Below are positions 37,239 to 46,294 of a stretch of 54,705 nucleotides of DNA, piece after piece. The stretch is from Actinomycetota bacterium (GTDB lineage: Bacteria > Actinomycetota > Actinomycetes > S36-B12): the NCBI GenBank assembly GCA_009699315.1, contig WLOK01000002.1, positions 1 to 54,705 of the forward strand. Reading direction: 5' to 3'. The translations under genes and the position numbers were made by a program. The notes beneath the pieces were generated by a model, which made no database searches, was not told where the DNA came from, and was given only the letters and a program-made list of their open reading frames with translations. The first letter of the stretch is position 1, and the number at the start of each line of letters is the position of its first letter.

Positions 37239-38758
37239 CTTGCGGTCCCCTCCTGTGCGAGAACACCCGCGCGAATTGAATGGGCATATCTGAACTCGAC
37301 GACCACGAAATCGGAATTAACACCTCCGGTGTATTGGAATCGCTTCGACTTATGGGGAAGATTCAGGGGAAATGCGCATTTCTTCTGCCCCGGGAAACAG
37401 ACGATGACGATTGTCAAATCGGCGGCGATCTGCCCCCAATCACCATCAGCGATTCGATCCCCCTTCGAGGCCAACAAATGACAGTGCAGTCCAAACGCGA
37501 TCGGCAATGCGTAGTAGCCGGCAACCCCGCAAGGTTCTGTGATAATGGACCGAGCTTGATTTGCGAGAATGGGTGCAAAAGCACCACGCGACCTCTCCGT
37601 AGCAACCGTGTGCGCAAGTACCCCCACCTGCATAATGAGAACGGCAATAGCGACACAGGCAACTGGTATGCGAATCAGCAATAATGCTCTGCCGCTAACG
37701 ACTCCCCAGAGCCAAGTGACTGAATACGCAACCGCGATCGCGAAGCATCCCCACATGGGGAGTAGAAACCTCGGGGCACCGTATTGCATAGTCAATCCGT
37801 AGAAGGCCAAGAAGGCGATTCCCACTACCACCGGTGACGCCAGAACGGGGAGCACTCTTCCCCGAATTGAGACAATGACCGCTAGAACTACGAGACTGAG
37901 GGCAAGAACTAGGAGAGTTGTACCAGCGATAGGGAACCCCGCTTTGATAGCGAGGCACGGCTTGCACAGCATCGGACCATCCAATGCTCGCCACTGTGCA
38001 AGGAAGTCGAGGCTCTTGCCGCGTCCGCCTTGAAACTCACTGGCTTCGAGCAGTCGCGACTGAGGTCCACCGAATCGCTGGAATGCATCGATCACCCATG
38101 GCACCCAGCCGACGATGAGGCCAAATACGAGAGATGCGAAAGCCAACCCTCGCCATTTCCAAGATCCCAGATGGATCATTATCAACAAACATAGGGTGAC
38201 TCCGACAAAAACGACGAGACTGTCAACTGGACGAAAGAGGGCAACTACTGCCAGGGAACATGCCGTGGCAGCAATTGCGAGTTTTGACTTGTTTTGGACA
38301 GCCAATACCGCCCACCCGATAGCGCTCACTGCCCCAAAGGCAACCCAAAGGTTGGGGAAAATAAGAGATCCCGAGATCACCCAGATCCACGAGAGAAGCA
38401 GAATGCTGGCGGCCAGGGGCGCGTTCCATCGTCCGAGTCCACGCACTCGAATCCACGGCAGAAAAGCAACCACGAACCCGATCGACGATGTGAACGCAAC
38501 ATAAGCCCGGATGATTGTGGGGCTGGACGTCCAAACTGACACTGGGGAGACAAGCCACGCCTCCCCGAAAGCGCGCGGAGCAGAGAAATACGGTGCGGGC
38601 ATGGCTGATGATGTTTGGCCCAAATAGAGGACCTCATCCCATCGAAGTGGAACGGCGCGAATGACGGGTATCTGAACAATAAGGTAAACAAGCCCGATCG
38701 CGACCAGTCCCAAAGTTGGCGCCCAGCTCGAACTGCAGAATCTGCGCACAACCCCCAT
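37235..38758 (-). CDS. Large polytopic membrane protein, probable GT-C-type glycosyltransferase (ArnT/PMT-like)
   Basis: 507 aa, about 11-12 TM helices with a cytoplasm-facing N-terminus and a soluble C-terminal tail. Stop overlaps the downstream TTG (TTGA). Family assignment rests on architecture only. Confidence 0.45.
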   Translation of the reverse strand: MGVVRRFCSSSWAPTLGLVAIGLVYLIVQIPVIRAVPLRWDEVLYLGQTSSAMPAPYFSAPRAFGEAWLVSPVSVWTSSPTIIRAYVAFTSSIGFVVAFLPWIRVRGLGRWNAPLAASILLLSWIWVISGSLIFPNLWVAFGAVSAIGWAVLAVQNKSKLAIAATACSLAVVALFRPVDSLVVFVGVTLCLLIMIHLGSWKWRGLAFASLVFGLIVGWVPWVIDAFQRFGGPQSRLLEASEFQGGRGKSLDFLAQWRALDGPMLCKPCLAIKAGFPIAGTTLLVLALSLVVLAVIVSIRGRVLPVLASPVVVGIAFLAFYGLTMQYGAPRFLLPMWGCFAIAVAYSVTWLWGVVSGRALLLIRIPVACVAIAVLIMQVGVLAHTVATERSRGAFAPILANQARSIITEPCGVAGYYALPIAFGLHCHLLASKGDRIADGDWGQIAADLTIVIVCFPGQKKCAFPLNLPHKSKRFQYTGGVNSDFVVVEFRYAHSIRAGVLAQEGTAS

Positions 38759-38775
38759 GTGGACACACTAAAGAG

Positions 38776-38799
38776 TTGAGTTGCGTTTTCGCAACTCAA
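38776..38799 (-). other. 10-bp stem-loop between tRNA-Met and the GT-C gene
   Basis: ttgagttgcg-tttt-cgcaactcaa. Either a tRNA terminator or a 5'-UTR structure. Confidence 0.35.
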
Positions 38800-38822
38800 T
38801 CTACCGGCAGAGTGAACTCCAG

Positions 38823-38897
<75 letters not shown>

Positions 38898-38961
38898 GAC
38901 CCCGAGAGTCTAGACGCTCGTCATTCCCCCATGATCAACGCCAGCATGACATCGTTGGGCC

Positions 38962-40332
38962 ATGGATCGACGGCACTTCCTTGGCCTCGTGGGCGTGGCT
39001 GCCCTTGGCGTTGCCACACCTGAGAGTTCAGCAATCTCGTTGCCGGCTAGGTCAAGCAATCCCCTGCCTACCGCCTCGCTCGTATCTCGCTGGGACACCG
39101 ATCCGTGGGCTCGAGGCGCGTACTCAGCATTGCCTGCCGGCACGTCCCCCAACGTGCGCCGGATTCTTGCTGACGCGGTTCTTGGCCACCGAATCGTGCT
39201 CGCAGGTGAGTACGCCAGCCCGTACCACCCATCGACAACAACGGGGGCGTACCTCTCGGGTCAACATGCAGCACAACGGATCCTCAATCATGCCCAGCCA
39301 CGCACCGCAATCGTGATCGGTGCAGGCATGGCCGGAGCAGCAGCGGCGCAGAAGTTGGCGCAGGCTGGTGTGCGAGTCAAGGTCATCGAAGCTCAAAATC
39401 GAGTCGGTGGAAGAATTCGTAGCGAAAACTCGTGGGGTGCTCCAGTCGAGCTTGGCGCAGCATGGATTCACGGCACACGCGATAACCCCATAGTCCCCTT
39501 AGCAAAGAAGCAAAATCTCCCACTCATTCGAACCGATTACGAAAACTCAATCGCGCGCGACACGATGACCGGTCGCGAATCTGAGGCAGCAGATCGACGA
39601 TCAACACAGTTGGTGCGACTGACTGAATCGATCGATGACGCGTGGCCACCTCAATCGCAGAGTGTGGGCGGCTGGTTAGCCAATCAGGGCTGGAAGCGTG
39701 ATCGCATCGGCGTATGGGCTGAGGCAACCGAGATCACCCAGGAGTACGGCATCGACCCAGCGGCACTGGGCGTTCGCGCATACTCCGAGGGCGGCACCTA
39801 CCAAGGCGGCGATGTAATGGTCGGTGGTGGTTACAGCTCCATCGTGAGCGGGCTCCTGACAGATGTGACTGTTCAGCGCAGCACTCCTATTCGCGACGTC
39901 TCAATCGCCGGCCAGCAGGTCGAGATGCGGACTAATGACGGGCGCATCTTGCGAGCCGATGCAGTAGTTATCGCTGTGCCGTTGGCGCTACTGCGCGCTC
40001 AGTACCCGCTCATCGCTGATCTGACACCAGCCGTACGCCGCGCCCTGACAAGTCTTCGCACGGGCGATCTCGAGAAGGTCGTGCTGCGCTACGACCGACA
40101 GTGGTGGGGCGACTATCGCGTCTACGGCATCGTGGGCGGTGGCGCACCGGGAGCACCGGCGGGTAGCCCGGCGGCACTGCGATGGACTGAGTTCTATTCG
40201 CTCACCGACGTGCTCGGATTTCCCGCACTAGTGGGATTCTCTGGCGGGTCTGCGGCCGCCACGAGGCCAAAGTCCGACGCAGGGTGCGTACGAGAGGCCA
40301 CTGCCGCGCTACAAGCCGCATTTCACGGCTAA
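38962..40332 (+). CDS. Tat-signal flavin amine oxidase family protein with a permuted domain order
   Basis: MDRRHFLGLVG twin-arginine signal. Residues ~40-108 resemble the usual C-terminal FAD segment (RWDTDPWARGAYS...VLAGEYAS...GAYLSG..AA). The GxGxxG motif (VIGAGMAG) appears only at ~120. Confidence 0.75.
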   Translation: MDRRHFLGLVGVAALGVATPESSAISLPARSSNPLPTASLVSRWDTDPWARGAYSALPAGTSPNVRRILADAVLGHRIVLAGEYASPYHPSTTTGAYLSGQHAAQRILNHAQPRTAIVIGAGMAGAAAAQKLAQAGVRVKVIEAQNRVGGRIRSENSWGAPVELGAAWIHGTRDNPIVPLAKKQNLPLIRTDYENSIARDTMTGRESEAADRRSTQLVRLTESIDDAWPPQSQSVGGWLANQGWKRDRIGVWAEATEITQEYGIDPAALGVRAYSEGGTYQGGDVMVGGGYSSIVSGLLTDVTVQRSTPIRDVSIAGQQVEMRTNDGRILRADAVVIAVPLALLRAQYPLIADLTPAVRRALTSLRTGDLEKVVLRYDRQWWGDYRVYGIVGGGAPGAPAGSPAALRWTEFYSLTDVLGFPALVGFSGGSAAATRPKSDAGCVREATAALQAAFHG

Positions 40333-40402
40333 CTAACAGGTTCGGGGCCCAGCCGGGGGGTCATCCCCTGACGATCGGTCGTTGGTATTCTTCTGGGGCT
40401 GA

Positions 40403-40478
40403 TCCCGCATAGCTCAATTGGCAGAGCATACGACTGTTAATCGTAGGGTTCCTGGTTCGAGTCCAGGTGCGGGAGCCA
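40403..40478 (+). tRNA. tRNA-Asn (anticodon GTT), CCA encoded
   Basis: Acceptor stem tcccgca/tgcggga. Anticodon loop CTGTTAA. T-loop GGTTCGAGTCC. Confidence 0.9.
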
Positions 40479-40487
40479 CGTGTTTCG

Positions 40488-40883
40488 TTAGTCGTCCCGA
40501 CCCTCAGACTCTGTTTCCTGCTCTGAGTTCGCTCCACCGGTGGCACCAGATGCGCCCGTACTTGCGTGCGTGGGTTGTGGCGCGGGTTGAGGCTGCGGAG
40601 TCACGATCACAGGGGCGGGATCCGGAGTAGAAGTCGTCGTTGAGGTCACCTGTGGCACCGGGCCAGAAGCAGCTGCATTGTTCAGTAGACCTCGCAGACG
40701 CGCTGCCTCGGTCTGAAGTGCGATAAGGGTGGTCGATGCCGTCTGTGTGGCCTGAACACTCGTTTGCGGATCACCTTGAGCCCCCGCATTCACCCAGGCT
40801 GTGCCCGACAACGCTGCACCCGCACCCACGATCGCGCCTACCGCTGAGAGTGCTGCGAAGGTTGCTCGAGTTGTCCGCTTCAT
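40488..40883 (-). CDS. Small exported Pro/Thr-rich hypothetical protein
   Basis: ATG 40883 follows AGGGAGA. Signal/anchor segment MKRTTRATFAALSAVGAIVGAGAALS, then a TSTTTSTPDPAPVIVTPQPQPAPQP tail. Confidence 0.55.
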   Translation of the reverse strand: MKRTTRATFAALSAVGAIVGAGAALSGTAWVNAGAQGDPQTSVQATQTASTTLIALQTEAARLRGLLNNAAASGPVPQVTSTTTSTPDPAPVIVTPQPQPAPQPTHASTGASGATGGANSEQETESEGRDD

Positions 40884-40995
40884 GATGTCTCCCTTGGTCT
40901 GGCGTGTAGTTCCATCAGACACTGCCGCGGGCAAGGTGACCCACCAGAGAGGGTTGGTTCCAGGTAAAAGGAGAGCAAGATTCGGCGGGCCGCTA

Positions 40996-41033
40996 TCGGT
41001 CAAAGTTTGTCCGATCTCGGTCAAAGTTTGTCC
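40996..41033 (+). promoter_or_regulatory. Two copies of a 17-bp direct repeat (TCGGTCAAAGTTTGTCC) with 21-bp phasing in the divergent promoter region
   Basis: Exact copies at 40996-41012 and 41017-41033. The TGTCC core recurs at 41093-41097 and inverted (GGACA) at 41070-41074. Confidence 0.5.
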
Positions 41034-41113
41034 TTCGAAGGCTCTACGAACGCTTTTGCTACCTAGTGTGGACAGATCGCGGTCACGAGGACTGTCCGAA
41101 TTGAGGAGACACC

Positions 41114-44100
41114 GTGCGCGGTGTTCAGGTTTTCGTTCGGGCGGTTTTAGGCATAGCGATTGTGGCTGCAGGGGTCTCGGGGGCGGTGCTGCCGGCTCAT
41201 GCGGGTGGCGTCGTTGCCCCGGGTGTTCCGAGGTGGGTGGTGGTGTCGAATCCGGATTTCACGTCGTTTGATGTTGCGTGGACGGCGCCGGCGTCAGATG
41301 GTGGCGCAGAGATCATGGCTTACGACATCGAGTATCGCAAAGTGGGTGAACTGTCCTGGACTTCTTTCGCGCCCGCAATACCGATGTTGACCTCGAGTGC
41401 CGTCAACGGCCTGGATTCGAATTCTACCTATCAGTTCAGAATCGCTGCGGTAAACTCTGCAGGGCAGGGCCCCTGGAGCGTGCAGGACTCCGCGATTGCG
41501 GTGGGTGACTACCATGCTTGCGCGGTGTTGGCAGACGGCACCGTCACATGTTGGGGAGACAACAACTTCGGCCAATTGGGCGACGACACGATTATCAGCA
41601 GCCTCGTGCCGGTACAGGTCTCGGTGTTGAGTATTGACGGATTGACTCCTGCAACCACCGCGGTCAGCGTGAGTACGGGCGGCGATCATTCGTGTGCAGT
41701 GATGGCAGACGGCTCCGCTACCTGCTGGGGCTACAACGGTTACGGCCAATTGGGTGACACGTCTAACACGAGCCGCGAGATTCCCGTAGCGGTGACGGGC
41801 ATCACTGGGTTTACTCCTGCGTCGACCGCTCTCAGTGTGACTGCCGGTGAATTCTTCTCGTGTGCAGTGATGGCGGATGGCACCGCGAAATGCTGGGGCT
41901 ACAACGCCTACGGCCAATTGGGCGACAACACAGCCGGAGATAGCAATATTCCAGTACAGGTCTCGGTGTTGAGCATTGACGGATTGACTACGGCGACCTC
42001 TGCGATCAGCGTGAGTGCCGGTAAAAATCAAGCGTGCGCTGTGATGGTAGATGGCGCCGTCAAATGCTGGGGCTCCAACAGCAACGGCCAATTGGGCAAC
42101 AATTTGACCGCAGACAGCCCCGTGCCAGTCCAGGTATCGGGTATCGACGGAGCGGACGCCGGATCGGCCGCGGTCAGCGTGAGTGCCGGTGACTACCAAT
42201 CGTGTGCGGTCTTGGCAGATGGCACCGCCACATGTTGGGGAGACAACAGCTACGGCCAGCTAGGCAACGCCACAGAAATATCCAGCCCTGTGCCCGTACC
42301 GGTGTCGGCTATCAGCGGGTTGACGCCTGAGGCAACCGCGGTGAGCGTGAGCACCGGCATGTTCCATTCGTGCGCGGTGATGGCGACCGGCACTGCTGCA
42401 TGCTGGGGCAGGGAGAGCCACGGCCAGTTGGGCAGCAACACGGGCGTGAACAGCTCCGTGCCTGTTCCGGTCTCTGGCATCGATGGATTAACACCGGCCA
42501 CAACGGCCGACAATGTGATTGTTCGTGTAAATCAATCGTGCGCCGTCATGGCAGATGTCACCGCCGCATGCTGGGGCAACAACACGCACGGCCAGTTGGG
42601 CAACAACTCAAACACGAACAGCCCTGTGCCTGAGTCAGTGTGGGTTCTCGACGGGTCCACGCCAGCAACCTCTCTTCGCCGGGTTTCGTCTTTCGGTCGC
42701 ACCCTTCAACCTTCGCGCCCTAGTGTGCCGCTGCACGTGGTGACATCGAACGCCACGCCAACTTCTCTTGATGTGGCGTGGACGGTGCCTACTAGTGATG
42801 GTGGCGTATACATCGAGAGTTACACGATTGAATATCGCAAGGTGGGTGAACAGTCGTGGGCGACATTCACGCCCGTGGTTCCGCCAGAAACATCAGCCAC
42901 TGTGGACGGTCTTGATTCAAATTCTACTTATCAGTTCAGAATCGCTGCGGTGAACTCTGCCGGGCCCGGACCCTGGAGTGTGCAGGAGTCCGCGATTGCT
43001 GCTGGTTTCGCACATTCGTGTGCGGTCATGGCGAATAGCACCGTGAAATGCTGGGGCATCAACATCTACGGCCAATTGGGTGACAACACAACCGATGAAA
43101 GTTCCGCGCCGGTGTTGGTGTGGGTCATCGACGGGTCGACACCCGCCACTAGCGCGGTCAGCGTGAGCGCAGGGGGCAATCATTCGTGTGCCCTGATGGC
43201 TGATGGCACCGTCACATGCTGGGGCTACAACTATTACGGCCAGTTAGGCAACAATTCGGGCGCGGACAGTCCCACCCCAGTGCTGGTGTCTGTGTTGAGT
43301 ATCGACGGCTTGACACCCGCTACGACTGCAGTCAGTGTCAGCTTGGGTGCCGGGCATTCATGTGCCTTGATGGCCGATGGTACTGCGAAATGTTGGGGCA
43401 ACAACGGCTATGGCCAATTGGGTGGTGCCACAGGCCAATGGAATTCCGTGCCGGTGCAGGTGTCAATGTTAACTATTGACGGATTGACTCCTGCGACCAC
43501 CGCAGTCAGCGTGAGCGCCGGTTTCTACCACTCGTGTGCGGTAATGGTAGACGGCACTGCGAAGTGCTGGGGCAACAACGCCACCGGCCAGTTGGGTGAC
43601 AACACGACCAATGAACGTTCCGTGCCGGTGTTGGTGTCGGTGTTGAGTATCGACGGGTTGACAGCCGCCACGTCTGCGGTCAGTGTCAGCGCCGGTAGTG
43701 ATCACACGTGTGCTCTGATGGCGGATGGCACCGCGAAATGCTGGGGCTATAACTATTTCGGCCAGTTAGGCAACAATTCGGGCACGGATAGTCACGCCCC
43801 GGTCTCGGTGTTGGAGATCACCGGGTTGACTCCCGCCACGACCGCAGTCAGCGTGAGCACTGGTGAGAACCACTCGTGTGCTCTGATGGCAGATGGCACC
43901 GCGAAGTGCTGGGGCTTTAACAGCTACGGCCAGTTGGGTGACAACACGGTCGATCAACGCCCCGTGCCGGTGTCGGTTTTGGGTATGACCGGGCTGACTC
44001 CCGGATCGACTGCATTCAGCGTGGTCACCGGTGGCTCTCATTCGTGTGCAGCGATGACGGACAGCACAGCCAGGTGCTGGGGTAACAACGCCTACGGTCA

Positions 44101-46291
44101 GTTGGGCAGCAACGCGACGCCAAGCAGCCCTGTGCCCGAGCCGGTGTCGGTTATCGACGGGTCCACGTTGGCGAAGTCGCTTCGCCACGTTTCCGCTTTC
44201 GGTCGGACTCTTGAGCCCTCGCTCCCAAGCGAGCCACTTCTTGTGGCGACCTCGAACGCCACATCGAGCTCCCTTGATGTGTCGTGGACAGCGCCGGCTA
44301 ATGATGGTGGCGCAGCAATCTCGGCCTACACCCTTGAGTACCGCCAGGTAAATGAACCTCTGTGGTCTACTTTCACACCCGCAGATCCGACAGTAACAAC
44401 GGTCACCGTGGATGGTCTTGATTCGGATTCTTCCTATCAGTTCAGAGTCGCTGCGATAAACTCTGCCGGCACCGGCCCATGGAGCGGCAAAGTGCGCTCG
44501 ATTGCAACGAGTGAATCCGATTCGTGTTCGGTTACCGTGGACGGCACCGTCATCTGTTGGGGTAGCAACGACGATGGCCAATTGGGCAATGACTCGACCA
44601 CGGAGAGCTTCGTGCCGGTACAGGTGTCAGGCATCACCGGGTTGACACCGGCAACGAGAGCAGTCAGCGTGGGCACCAAAGCCCGGCATTCTTGTTCATT
44701 GATGGCCGACGGATCCATCACCTGCTGGGGGAAGAACAACAACGGCCAGTTGGGAAATGGCTCTTTTGAGGACAGCCTCGTACCCGTGCCGGTGTCAGAC
44801 ATCACCGGGTTAGCACCCGCCACGACCGCAACCTCCGTGGGCGCGGGTGGCCAGCATTCGTGTGCGCTGATGGCAAACGGCACCGTCACATGTTGGGGAG
44901 ACAACTACTTGGGTCAGTTGGGTAACAACTTCATGGTGTGGTTTAGTTTTGTGCCGGTGCCGGTGTCAGGGATATCCGGATTAACGCCCGAAGCAACAGC
45001 GGTGACCTTGAGCGTCGGTGTGCATTATTCGTGTGTAGTGATGGCAGATGGAACTGCGGCGTGTTGGGGCAAGAACGATTACGGCCAGCTGGGTGACAAC
45101 TCAACCACGGAGAAGCTCGTTCCCGTACCCGTTCGAGGAATCAACGGGTCGACTCCTGGCACAACTGCAGTCAGCGTAAGTGCAGGTGGTACTCATACGT
45201 GTGCGGTGATGGCGGACGGCACCGCAAAATGCTGGGGCGACAACAGGTACGGCCAGTTGGGCGACGACTCAACGACGGACAGTCTTGTGCCAATGCAGGT
45301 CTCGGTGTTGAGCATTGACGGATTGACCCCTGGAACGACCGCAGTCAGCGTGAGCGCCGGTGACGGTCATTCTTGCGCAGTCATGGCGGACGGCAGCGCC
45401 ATCTGCTGGGGCGACAACAGGTATGGCCAGTTGGGTAACGAATCGAATACGGACAGCCATGTACCCGTGCAGGTGTTTGGTATCACCGGGTTGACACCTG
45501 GATCGACCACAATCAGCGTGAGCGCCGGTGGCTACCATTCGTGTGCTTTGTTGGCAGACGGCAACACCACCTGCTGGGGCTACAACAGCCGTGGCGAGTT
45601 AGGTGACAACTCCACGACCAACAGTAACGTGCCGGTGCGGGTGTTAGACACGGCCGGAGCCGGCTCCTCATTCGGCCGTACCTTGGCGGAACCGCTTCCA
45701 CCGGAGCCTTCTCAACTAAGTCGTCCAGTCCGACTCATGGTGACAGATCGCAATGCGGATTCGATTGCGATTAGTTGGGGCGTGCCGACGAGTAACGGCG
45801 GGAAACATATCGATCGCTACCGGGTGAGCTACCGCCCAAAGGGTTCTGCTTCTTGGACCGCTTTCGCGATCGTTCCCTACTCACAACTGCACCTTCGGGT
45901 GCGGGGCTTGCGTACAGGCGTGACCTATGAGTTCCAAGTACGTGCCCATAATGCTGACGGCCTCGGCAATCCTTCACGGATCGTGTCAGAGACGGTTCCG
46001 ATGCGAGCGGCAGCACCGATCGTGGTGCAGAAGTTCCGGGATCAAAGCGCAATCGCGTTAACGTGGCGGGCTGTGAAGGCCCCTGCACACAGTCCCCTGA
46101 CTGCGTACGTGATGTCCTGCCGTGACAGCAACGGCGACACTCTCCGCACCAGCGTTACAACGGTTAACCTGAGCGCATCAATCAGAGTTCTGGCCGCGCA
46201 ACCATATTCCTGCCGCGTAGCAGCCATAACCGAAGCTGGGCGCGGTGTCGGCTCTGAGCGGGTGCAAATCTCTAGCCGCATTCGAGATTGA
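41114..46291 (+). CDS. Giant secreted FN3 / RCC1-repeat protein (3 x [FN3 + 7 RCC1 blades] + 2 FN3)
   Basis: GTG follows GAGGAG. Signal peptide ends ...LPAHA/GG. There are 21 CWGxNxxGQLG-type blades in three runs of seven, and five FN3-like segments. Confidence 0.85.
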   Translation: MRGVQVFVRAVLGIAIVAAGVSGAVLPAHAGGVVAPGVPRWVVVSNPDFTSFDVAWTAPASDGGAEIMAYDIEYRKVGELSWTSFAPAIPMLTSSAVNGLDSNSTYQFRIAAVNSAGQGPWSVQDSAIAVGDYHACAVLADGTVTCWGDNNFGQLGDDTIISSLVPVQVSVLSIDGLTPATTAVSVSTGGDHSCAVMADGSATCWGYNGYGQLGDTSNTSREIPVAVTGITGFTPASTALSVTAGEFFSCAVMADGTAKCWGYNAYGQLGDNTAGDSNIPVQVSVLSIDGLTTATSAISVSAGKNQACAVMVDGAVKCWGSNSNGQLGNNLTADSPVPVQVSGIDGADAGSAAVSVSAGDYQSCAVLADGTATCWGDNSYGQLGNATEISSPVPVPVSAISGLTPEATAVSVSTGMFHSCAVMATGTAACWGRESHGQLGSNTGVNSSVPVPVSGIDGLTPATTADNVIVRVNQSCAVMADVTAACWGNNTHGQLGNNSNTNSPVPESVWVLDGSTPATSLRRVSSFGRTLQPSRPSVPLHVVTSNATPTSLDVAWTVPTSDGGVYIESYTIEYRKVGEQSWATFTPVVPPETSATVDGLDSNSTYQFRIAAVNSAGPGPWSVQESAIAAGFAHSCAVMANSTVKCWGINIYGQLGDNTTDESSAPVLVWVIDGSTPATSAVSVSAGGNHSCALMADGTVTCWGYNYYGQLGNNSGADSPTPVLVSVLSIDGLTPATTAVSVSLGAGHSCALMADGTAKCWGNNGYGQLGGATGQWNSVPVQVSMLTIDGLTPATTAVSVSAGFYHSCAVMVDGTAKCWGNNATGQLGDNTTNERSVPVLVSVLSIDGLTAATSAVSVSAGSDHTCALMADGTAKCWGYNYFGQLGNNSGTDSHAPVSVLEITGLTPATTAVSVSTGENHSCALMADGTAKCWGFNSYGQLGDNTVDQRPVPVSVLGMTGLTPGSTAFSVVTGGSHSCAAMTDSTARCWGNNAYGQLGSNATPSSPVPEPVSVIDGSTLAKSLRHVSAFGRTLEPSLPSEPLLVATSNATSSSLDVSWTAPANDGGAAISAYTLEYRQVNEPLWSTFTPADPTVTTVTVDGLDSDSSYQFRVAAINSAGTGPWSGKVRSIATSESDSCSVTVDGTVICWGSNDDGQLGNDSTTESFVPVQVSGITGLTPATRAVSVGTKARHSCSLMADGSITCWGKNNNGQLGNGSFEDSLVPVPVSDITGLAPATTATSVGAGGQHSCALMANGTVTCWGDNYLGQLGNNFMVWFSFVPVPVSGISGLTPEATAVTLSVGVHYSCVVMADGTAACWGKNDYGQLGDNSTTEKLVPVPVRGINGSTPGTTAVSVSAGGTHTCAVMADGTAKCWGDNRYGQLGDDSTTDSLVPMQVSVLSIDGLTPGTTAVSVSAGDGHSCAVMADGSAICWGDNRYGQLGNESNTDSHVPVQVFGITGLTPGSTTISVSAGGYHSCALLADGNTTCWGYNSRGELGDNSTTNSNVPVRVLDTAGAGSSFGRTLAEPLPPEPSQLSRPVRLMVTDRNADSIAISWGVPTSNGGKHIDRYRVSYRPKGSASWTAFAIVPYSQLHLRVRGLRTGVTYEFQVRAHNADGLGNPSRIVSETVPMRAAAPIVVQKFRDQSAIALTWRAVKAPAHSPLTAYVMSCRDSNGDTLRTSVTTVNLSASIRVLAAQPYSCRVAAITEAGRGVGSERVQISSRIRD
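41219..42718 (+). repeat. Intragenic module 1 (FN3 + 7 RCC1 blades), 1500 nt
   Basis: Starts at PGVP. The FN3 core tcagttcagaatcgctgcgg is at 41431. Confidence 0.75.
42719..44224 (+). repeat. Intragenic module 2 (FN3 + 7 RCC1 blades), 1506 nt
   Basis: Starts at PSVP. The same FN3 core is at 42931, exactly 1500 nt after module 1. Confidence 0.75.
44225..45706 (+). repeat. Intragenic module 3 (FN3 + 7 RCC1 blades)
   Basis: Starts at PSEP. The FN3 core tcagttcagagtcgctgcg is at 44437, 1506 nt after module 2. Confidence 0.7.
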
Positions 46292-46294
46292 CCC

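Noticed and set aside
41294-44904. Several long minus-strand ORFs (41294-42199, 43766-44581, 44437-44904) antisense to the giant gene
   Set aside because: Typical high-GC shadow ORFs. Their Arg/His/Gly-rich products simply mirror the repeat periodicity of the plus-strand RCC1 blades. The plus-strand ORF is uninterrupted for 5.2 kb with clear domain motifs.
41114-46291. Regularly spaced repeats as a possible CRISPR array or other non-coding repeat array
   Set aside because: The repeat units are about 150-165 nt and diverged, not short exact repeats with unique spacers. They all sit in one open reading frame encoding RCC1 blades. There are no cas genes in the window.
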